A DNA stretch of 58,308 nucleotides, the filler included, from Dirinaria sp. TL-2023a (taxonomy: Eukaryota), in the NCBI GenBank assembly GCA_051941275.1. It is 4 parts of 4 records of this genome, joined end to end, with 100 filler letters (N's around TTAATTAATTAA, not from the genome) between each part and the next. Parts side by side here need not be neighbours in the genome. Positions count along the whole stretch, not along the records: positions 43,821 to 58,308 come from JAVEBF010000603.1; 3 more parts are not named here. One strand, 5' to 3'. The notes under the pieces are model-generated. The model was given only the letters and a program-made list of their open reading frames with translations. It made no database searches and was not told where the DNA came from. Positions 49,060 through 58,308 of the stretch are shown here, in pieces; position 1 is the stretch's first letter; each line of letters begins with the position of its first letter. Made by a program: the position numbers and the translations under genes.

Positions 49060-50873
49060 TGTCTACTATGCGAGGATTTCCGAGTACATGGAGAGTATGT
49101 AGCAGATCAGCCTGCTCTGCAGATTAGAAAAAAAAAATATCATTGGGACTCTATATATTTGTGGTGTGAATGCTGTAAGCTGAATGACCAGCGCTGAAGC
49201 GAACGGCAAAGGAGAAGCTATACAAAAGTTTGCTCACGAATAATGGCGTCTGTCGTGTAAAGAGACGCATCTCGACTGTAAGATGACGCTGGGGGAATAT
49301 TCAGCCACTCCTCCATTGCCTGGCACGGAAGCAGAAAGAGAAACGATTAAGGTCGTGAAGATTAGGAATCTACTGTGGGTTGGGGCCGAAGATCTTCAGA
49401 GCCATGCAGATTCCGTGGGCTCTAACGCGAACTGTCTAACTGCATCGGTGACAGCGCTCTACACCGTCATGAAGTTTCTTGAAGTATGTACCTGACCTTA
49501 CTGATTACAGTCAATGCACTGGATGGGCGTTAGTCCCTCTCTATGACGGTAGCGGTCAGCCCTTGTGTGAGTCCTTGGAGATTTAGCCTGAAGGCTTTAT
49601 CATATTTCTCGCACAGCCTCTTCCACCTGCGTGTGCGGTCGCCTCGGGCCAATTCATACGCCGCAGACAATTCGCAAAATCATACTGTGTCCATACCTTA
49701 CGCTTACGGCATAAAAGATCTAAATCCTTCGGAAGAAAACAATAGACGCATATCAACCCTTTGTCATCAGCTGACATAAGACTGCTCATGCGCGCTTAGG
49801 CTTCCACGCGTGACGCCATTGAGAGGCCGCCTGCCGGTGGAAACAGTATCCGATGGTTTTGAAGCTCAGCTGGTCATCAACGAGGCCCCAAATACCATTC
49901 AGAGTGGATCAAATTCGTCCACTACGAATGCGCCACGGTGCAGTAGTGAGTATGGGCGCCATGCGCTGGCAGGCTCCAGATTCTTGTGTTATCCGAGGAT
50001 GAGAATTTCTTAGTATCTACATGTCTTAGGTAATTTCCCTTTCTGTCATGCCGCGACGAAGTTGCCCTTACTTGTATTGCCATGATTCAACCAATAGTGC
50101 AGTATGATTAGTGCCACTTCTTTCCTTCCATTATTTTCGGCTTGATCTGAAACAAAGTGGGATATCTCAAGGCTCGTTCCAGACCCATAATGTGGACAAT
50201 CTTCGTTCTACATCAGCGACAAGCAGCCCGATAATATGTGTAAAGACTGTGTACAGAGCAACGACGAATTGAGCGTCTGTGATCAGCTTGTAAGGTAAGG
50301 CTTTTGCAAGATGTTGGTATAGTATATGGTAAAGCCTTTTGTTCTATTTTAGGCATGTACTCGTGCGCTTGAGGTTCCATTCGCTCAAAGGATGCTTACC
50401 TCCATCTATATGGCTAAACCTGTGGAAGTGGCGATCGCTGAGCTCGATCTTGTATCATACGTCTCATCGTCAATGGTGCTTAAAATAATACCAATTAATG
50501 GGTCAAGTATTGCAGCGATTCGAACCCACTGCTATACGCAAACTACTTTTGAGCTTGAAAGGTGTTGTGTTTGTTTAATTAACATTTGATGAATCAAGCA
50601 GCAACATGCAATATGTCCTCTTAAAGTAAAGACCAATAAGGCCAGGTGTCCTTGCTCTATGGCAATTGCGGCCCGTTAGTCTCCGACAGCAGGTCTATTT
50701 AGAATCAGCTCGGGAAAGAAGACGGTCGACAGAGCATTCCGAAAAAACAAAGCACGCATAATCGCCCACTGATACCAATGACCTTTCTCCTTTGCGCCAT
50801 GATAAAATGCAGCTCATTACACGCAAGCCAACCCTGATCGCTATGCAGAAGCCGCCCAGTCGAGGAAAATTCA

Positions 50874-53487
50874 CTATCCAGCTCCAGGAGGTGGAGGTTG
50901 CGCGGTAGATCCTCCAGGTATACCGAATGCGCCTGGGAACATTGGCATGCCGTTAGGCATCATTGGAAATTGGAAGCCAAAGCCTGGTACAGCTGGCGCG
51001 GCGCCAACAGGATTGTTGTCGCGGTTCTGCTCCGGTTGGCGATATCGAGGGCCGGAATCTTGTTGCAGACCTCGACGTTCCGAGCGGGGTCCTTGATGGC
51101 CAGCCTTGTCCGTGACCATACGTCTGCTGATGGCTAGGTTTCGTTTAGTATCGTCGTTGAGTGGTTCTTTGGCTGGAAGTCGCTTACCTTTCGATGAGAC
51201 ACCGGCACCAATCTCGATGTCTGGTTCTTCAACCACAAGTCCGCCCTCGATGGGCTTCCCACCAGTCCCGCCGTATTCGGCCGTCAGCATCCATTTCCGA
51301 TCAGCATCAGTCAAGCGTTCGATCGGGATGATGCTAATGCCAGTCTGATAGTCGCTGCAGTCACGTGGTCCGAATCCGACACCCCATTTGGTCTAGATGT
51401 AAGTTAGTGCTGGAAGGGCTGGGATGCCGTCACAGTCGACAAGTCAAAGACTCACACGTAGTTGCATTTCCAACGACTTAAATCGTTCCATTCCTTCCTT
51501 GGCTCTCATGGAATCGGCACGTGTAATCATCTTGACGAACGCGTGGCGTTTGTCTGTATTGACGATGCATGTTTGCACAACCCCGAATTCGGTAAAGATC
51601 CCCCGCAATTTTTCATCAGAGCATCTACCCTCCTGTAAGCGCCACTTTTGGAGTTGAATACTTGAACATGGTTACTTACGTGACTCCACCCACAAAGAGA
51701 GTCCTACTCAATACTATATACAAATTAGTATGGTCAGTAGCATTCCGGAGACTGCAGTTTGCTTACCCTTGATCATGCCGTCGCCAAGAGTGCGATCATA
51801 CTCTATCCACTTGGGTCCAGGAGGTGGGATGTTTTGTTGTCGAGGACTAGGACTCCTACGATAGCGGTCTGGGCTTCGTCGGCGATAGCTATCGCCTTGA
51901 CCTCTACGTCCACCTTGCGTGCCGTAGTCTCCTCGGCCGCCATCACGGGTGGTGTTACCTCGATAATCACCATATACAGGACTATCGCGACGGCGAGGTG
52001 GAGTTACATCACGTCTGTCCCAGCGTGAGGGCGATCTGGAGCGAGATCGTTGCCGCCTATTTCCACCCGGGGCATTTTGGTCATGGTAGCCGTTACGATC
52101 ACGTGACGGACCGCTCCCTCCATACTGTGCTTGGGTCGAGAGGGTTTGCTCCCAATTCTGCTGTGGTGCTGCATAGGCAGCATTGTTCACGCCGGCACCT
52201 CCAGCTGCACCGGACATGAACGCTGACAGAACTGCTCCCCATTGCTCTTGGGGTATGCCTTGGGCTTGGAGTAGCTGCAACAGTTGTAATTGCTGCTGGA
52301 AGACTTCCGGGGTCATTCCAGCCGGCCCACCCTGCACGTTGGACGGCCCACTTGTCATATTTGACAGAGTGTGCGCAAGGTTGGGGGGATTACTTGGCCC
52401 GTTAAAGGGCATCGCAGAACTATATGCTCCAGGTACGCCTACAGCCTGATTGTGCGGTACGCTAGCATTTTGATTTACGGACGAAGGCACGTTTTGCGGA
52501 TATGTGTTCTGTGCATTTGTTACATTATTAGAACTAGCCTGGGTTGAAGCTCCAGGTGCCGCGGTATTGGTTTTCGCCATATCTGCAAGAGCCTTCAGTA
52601 TTGCCGAAGTATCCTGTGCTGGCGCTGCAGCGGGTGCCGGCTGCTCATTCAACGCGATGAAGTCTTTTGGAGGGGTTCCATCTGGAGTCGTCGATTTCAT
52701 AGCTATACAAGAAAACACTGTATCAGAAAAATCCTTACAAATTGTGCGTCCAACTCTACGTTCCGTTGACGGTGCCTTACCTTGAGAAGTTGGTGCAGCG
52801 AACTTTTCTTTGAAGCTGGCAAGTGTGGGAGCTGGGAAAGTGCTTCCGCGCTCCCAGATATCAACGAGTTTCTTGATCTTCTCCTAAACCGCGAATAATA
52901 CGTGAGTCTACAATCTCAAGACAGATGAATGGAAGAAAGCAGTCATCTTGGAGAAAGGCACGATGCATAGCTGCGCGATGTACGATGTACGATGCCAAGA
53001 CTAGCATTTTCTAACCACATCGTGGTCCTACGCATCGCGTCTAGAAAGCGTACCTTTTGATCCTCAGGCGCGGTATTGATAATGTCAGTCATGAGCGAAG
53101 GTAGCAACTCGGTTACGTGAAAGACACCGGCGGCGAATGTACCATCAGCAGCGCGCGGGCCTGGCTGTTGGCCAGCCTTACGAGCATGTTCTAACCATTG
53201 TCTCGTTACAGAATCTATCACATAGAGTACACCCAATTTGTGTGTTCCAGGAGCCCGTTTGAAGTGGGTATAGATCTTTCCGATGAGGATGGATTCGGAC
53301 TAGAGACAGAGGCAGGAGGTTAGCAAAGTCGCTGGGCTGTAAGGGTCTATCTCGGTGGGCTGCTTACCTGGACGTTCGCGATACAGAGATTGGTGATAGT
53401 TGAGATCTTGGAGCCAGTCACGCCCGGGGCTTTCAGGGCCAGCATGGACTGGAGCAAGCTCTCCAGTTCCGCTGCGGAGGACGACAT
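50874..53487 (-). CDS. NRD1: Nrd1/Seb1 RNA-binding termination factor (CID + RS-rich + RRM), multi-exon
   Basis: CID: PGVTGSKI...KLGVLYVIDSVTRQW. RS repeats RSRSRSPSR. RRM: SRTLFVGGV...KRHAFVKM...WGVGFGPRDCSDY. Confidence 0.92.
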
Positions 53488-54154
53488 TGTTCCGCTCTAG
53501 AAGAAGAAGTGTATTATATGCCCAAGTCTTGATTGTTTCGTAAAGAGTGTCCGCTTTTTAGGAGCTACTGAGGCAGAGATTTTGGGGATGGCAACATGCG
53601 CTGTGTGGATCCGGGGATAAATATGGGCACTTATCGCTTGGAGTGTTAGAAGTAAGTCTGTGGGATTTACAGCGATTGGTGAATAAGTGAGTGCAAGAAT
53701 TGACAGATCTCAGATTGTGATCAGTCAGGTGTTACACGCCTCGCTGCACAACACTCAGTGGCTGCGAAGAGTAAGCCGGTACAGTACTTCTCGTGACAAC
53801 CCCAGCAGGCTTGAAACCGTGTCAGTCACAGAGACAGGGATGTGGCAGCCTTGTGTTCACTGGATAACATCGAAATGGCTGCTGATTTACGAAGCTGCGT
53901 GACAAAGTAGACAACAGAAACTGAGAGGGGCTGGCAGATGTTGAAGAAGACTTCGACGCTAGCCGTGCTGACTCATCATGCTCGGCTCGGTGAATTACGG
54001 ATCAGCTGAAGCTCTTGGCACTTACGTCCGGGGCCTCGGGCTCCGGTCCCAAGAGTTCAACATTTGTGCCATTTCTTTCAGCATTAGCTACTGTACCTAC
54101 TTTAAGTAAGGTACATCTCTTCCGCTTCTCAGTCGCTCCTACACCCGATCCACA

Positions 54155-55903
54155 ATGGCAACAACTTTAAGACTCAGCCGCGCAGCACTGCGCTCATCAG
54201 TGGTCAATTCTGTCTCTCCAATGTCAAAGACTGCCTTCAATGGCGTCCGGTGCTATTCGTCTTCAAAAACCAAGGTAAGCTTTAACAAAGCCGAACCAGT
54301 CCCTATATACTCGTCCATCGCTCATGTTTCATAAAGTCTCTCAAAGAAACATTCGCAGAGAAGCTTCCTGGCGAGATAGAAAAGATCAAAAAGCTCCGAA
54401 AGTGCGTTACCATAGTCTCAGCTCTCTGTCCTTTCCAGGCCTTGCTGACTCTTGTTGGCAGAGATTATGGCTCGAAAGTCGTGCAGGAGATCACGCTTGA
54501 TCAGGTATATGGCGGTGCTCGTGGTATAAAATCACTTGTCTGGGAGGTAGGGAGCCCGGAATCATAGATGTTCAAACTCAACCACTCACTGTGTCTAGGG
54601 ATCCGTCCTTGACTCGGAAGAGGGCATTCGGTTTCGTGGGAAAACGATCCCCGACTGCCAAAAACTTCTTCCCAAAGCTCCTGGAGGAGAGGAGCCACTC
54701 CCCGAAGGTCGCTCGAAAAGATTTATTTCAACAGCGTCAACGTGATTGACTCTATATAGGTCTATTCTGGCTCCTGTTAACCGGCGAAGTCCCCAGCGAA
54801 GAACAAGTCCGTAACCTTTCGGCCGATTGGGCTGCACGTGCCACTGTTCCTAAATTCGTCGAAGAGCTTATCGACCGGTCTCCAAATGATCTACACCCAA
54901 TGGCTCAGTTCTCGCTCGCTGTGACGGCGCTTGAGCACGAATCTGCTTTCGCAAAAGCGTACGCTAAGGGCATGCCAAAGACGGAATACTGGAGCCATAC
55001 TTTCGAGGACTCGATGGACTTGATTGCTAGACTCCCTACCATCGCTGCTCGCATCTATCGCAATGTCTACAAGGATGGCCACGTTGCGCCCGTACAAAAG
55101 GATAAGGACTACAGCTTCAACTTTGCCAATCAGCTTGGTTTTGCAGAGAACAAAGATTTCTTGGAATTGATGAGGCTGTATCTGACGATCCACACCGACC
55201 ACGAGGGGGGCAACGTCAGTGCTCACACGACGCACTTGGTCGGCAGCGCTTTGAGCTCTCCAATGCTATCTCTTGCTGCTGGTCTCAACGGCCTTGCTGG
55301 CCCCCTACATGGACTGTAAGACATTGCGAACAATTGTAGGTTGACCTTGCTAAACTTGTGGCAGCGCAAATCAGGAAGTGCTCAACTGGTTGACCAAGAT
55401 GAAAAAATCTATTGGTGGTGATTTAAGCGACAAGGCTATCACCGATTACCTCTGGTCCACATTAAAATCAGGCCAAGTCGTTCCAGGTTACGGTCACGCC
55501 GTTCTGCGAAAGACGGACCCTCGTTACGTCTCGCAGCGCGAGTTCGCTCTTCGCCATCTTCCCGATGACCCAATGTTCAAGCTCGTCAGCCAGGTTTACA
55601 AGATTGCTCCCGGTGTGCTGACCGAGCATGGGAAGACGAAGAACCCCTATCCGAATGTGGATGCCGTAAGTTGCGCCCACGAGGGGTTATGGAATGACTG
55701 CTAATGAAATTCAGCACTCTGGGGTTCTACTGCAATACTACGGTTTGACGGAAGCCAGCTACTACACTGTCTTGTTTGGTGTCTCGAGAGCGATCGGTGT
55801 GCTGCCTCAGCTGATAATTGACCGTGCTGTGGGCGCGCCCATCGAGCGGCCTAAGTCGTTCAGTACCGAGGCTTGGGCGAAGCAGGTTGGTGCAAAATTG
55901 TGA
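54155..55903 (+). CDS. CIT1: Citrate synthase, mitochondrial presequence plus C-terminal AKL, multi-exon
   Basis: [62 protein letters not shown]. Confidence 0.97.
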
Positions 55904-56688
55904 GCGGAGATTTGGTTGTGTGGCATTGTGCGTTGGTTGGAAATAGGGGCTCGAAAAAACTTGCAACTGTTTCTTTACACCGATCCATCATCGGTGGGAT
56001 GTGTGCTTTACCTGGGTCTGATGAATTTCGCAGATAGAGAATCATAATTGTTTTCCATGGTTTGCATAGTCAGTAGTAGTCAGACTCCTACGACTTCCAT
56101 CTAACCGACGAACAAATGAAAGACCCCAGCAGCCCACAACCAAATTCACCTTTCCAGCCTTTCCAAGGTGAAGAGAAATTTTGACACATTATTATTCAAC
56201 CCGAGTATTCTAGCTTTCAACATTCTTTGGGCTGTCAATAATGCCCCGCAGTTCCCGAGTAAATCCCGACCCAAGTCACCCAACGCATGGTTCGGCATTG
56301 AACGGCCTCAGCCCTAAGATTTTAGTCTGCTTCTTACCTGACCTGATCCTTACATTCGGGAAGTAGCTGTCGACAGGGGTCGGACTCCGATTGCAATCAG
56401 CTTACTTCAGTCCTTGTGTACTCTGGGTTCAAAGTCACGGTTACCTTATCAATTTTCATTGATTGACCCAGTGCGGTTATTGTTCCCTTGAGCAAAGCCT
56501 TGTCCCGCCTTGTTGCACCCAGACCACCCACTCCATTTACTCCAAAATTCAGGGTGTCGATCACAAAGGACCTCGTGCTTTGAACAGCTGCTGAATCGAA
56601 GCTTCAACGAAACCCTCCGTATCTATACTCTAGCGACGAAGCGCCACGACTGCCTTGGTCAGGCATATCTCAGTATCGCTCTGTCCTC

Positions 56689-57952
56689 ATGGCCGCCGCA
56701 GCCCCTCTTGGTGGCGCCGAGCCTAAGAAATTGGAGAAGAAGCCCGTCAAGTTCAGCAACCTACTACGTACATTCTCCATTCGTGGAAGCTGATGCAGAG
56801 ACTGACGAGAGTGCATGGCAGTGGGCGCGGGATTGAACATGTTCGAGTAAGTAGGATGTCTCGGTTGGTGACCTCATGGAATGCTTACGCTGTTTTCCAG
56901 GGTCACTACACTCGGCCAAGTAAGCTCAGCGCAGGATCATACTGGACATCGGACGTTCGCTGACCTAGTCATTAGCCGTTGGAGGTCGTGAAAACAACAA
57001 TGGCTGCAAATAGGCAAGATGGCATGGCTGGCGCTCTTTCACGTATATGGAAACGAGGCGGCATTCTGGGGTGTGCGTTTGATAGAATCTCTCATGTCAC
57101 CCATAAACCCAGAGTCTGGCTGATCCCAAATCATAGATTACCAGGGGTTAATACCCTGGGCCTGGATTGAAGCCTCGACCAAAGGTGCCGTGCTCCTCTT
57201 CGTCGCCTCAGAAGCAGAATACTACGCCAAATCCTTCGGTGCCTCGGATTTCATCGGCGGAATAAGCGGAGGTATGGCCGGTGGTGTAGCGCAAGCTTAC
57301 GCCACGATGGGCTTCTGCACATGCATGAAGACGGTCGAGATCACCAAGCACAAGATAGCCGCCCAAGGCGTGAAGCCACCGGGCACATTCGAGACATTCA
57401 TGGACATCTGGAGAAAAGAAGGGATAAGAGGCATCAACCGAGGTGTGAACGCGGTGGCTATCCGACAAACCACGAATTGGGGTTCCAGGTTCGGTCTTTC
57501 GCGACTTGCAGAAACGGGAATCCGCAAAGCAACCGGCAAGGAAGAAGGCCAGAAACTGGGGTCATTTGAAAAGATCTTGGCCAGTGGGCTGGGAGGAGGA
57601 CTGAGCGCGTGGAACCAGCCCATCGAAGTTATCCGAGTGGAGATGCAGAGCAAGACCGAAGATCCCAATCGGCCGAAGAACCTGACCGTGGGGAAAACGC
57701 TCAGATACATCTACTCGAACAATGGGATTAAAGGTCTCTACCGCGGTGTCACACCTCGCATCGGTCTCGGCGTCTGGCAAACCATCTGCATGGTTGCTTT
57801 GGGCGATATGTGCGTCTCTTATCTTTTTCTTTTTCCTTCGCCTCCAAATCGATCTTTATATAGGCTAGTGACTGACTTTTACCTTTCCGAACCACAGGGC
57901 GAAAGAAGCCGTAGAGAAATTGACGGGAGAAAAAGTCACCGCGAAACATTGA
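56689..57952 (+). CDS. YHM2: Mitochondrial citrate/oxoglutarate carrier Yhm2, multi-exon with microexons
   Basis: KKPVKFSNLL/LGAGLNMFE/VTTLGQ/PLEVVKTTMAANR, YQGLIPWAWIEASTKG, RQTTNWGSRFG, WNQPIEVIRVEMQS. Confidence 0.95.
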
Positions 57953-58308
57953 TCACTCACTCACATCAGCCTTTTATCAGTAGTAATCAGCCGGCGGTGT
58001 GTGTCTGTGTACGTGTATGAGAAGAAGAGGAAAGAAACTAAAGCCTAGACACGTATTGTTTTTTTTTTTTTTTTTCCTTCTTTTTTTGAAAGGGACTTAT
58101 TAGAGCGCTGTGTACCTTACTTAGCCCAGCATCAATGTTTTTTCATTTGCTCGTTCAACAGCGGGGAAAAAGTCCACAAGCTCCCCCCCCTGGGGCCGGG
58201 TGAGATGCTGTATTAGAGGGGAAGGAAAAAAAGGGAAGGGTGTTTTCTTATTTTTGCTTCTGCTTCTTAACTTTTTTTTTTGGGGAGTAGCATGCAATTA
58301 TATCATGC

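Overview
Filamentous ascomycete (Pezizomycotina) genomic DNA with short GT-AG introns and CTAAC/CTGAC branch points. The orphan secreted proteins and stand-alone DMATS give a tentative impression of a lichen-forming fungus. The window is not one locus: four pieces of 14540, 14491, 14489 and 14488 bp are joined by identical 100-nt N/TTAATTAATTAA/N linkers, most likely length-sorted unlinked contigs. Contig 1 (1-14540) is accessory: an LTR end, orphan secreted proteins, LtrA-family, SDR, RlpA-like/expansin-like and DJ-1/PfpI genes. Contig 2 (14641-29131) is core: UBP12-like deubiquitinase, an Mcl1-like GPI protein, GH76 DCW1/DFG5, sorting nexin-41/Atg20 and a MITE. Contig 3 (29232-43720) is accessory: a PD-(D/E)xK-like protein, a divergent nitrilase + DMATS pair, a NEK-like kinase and AT-rich decayed DNA. 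Contig 4 (43821-58308) holds an atypical P3A H+-ATPase, a bZIP factor and the NRD1/SEB1-citrate synthase-YHM2 trio. Best leads: an apparent ACG (non-AUG) start adding a 148-aa NLS-bearing N-terminus to UBP12, a Pma1 paralogue that has lost three conserved membrane glutamates, and the nitrilase-DMATS pair.
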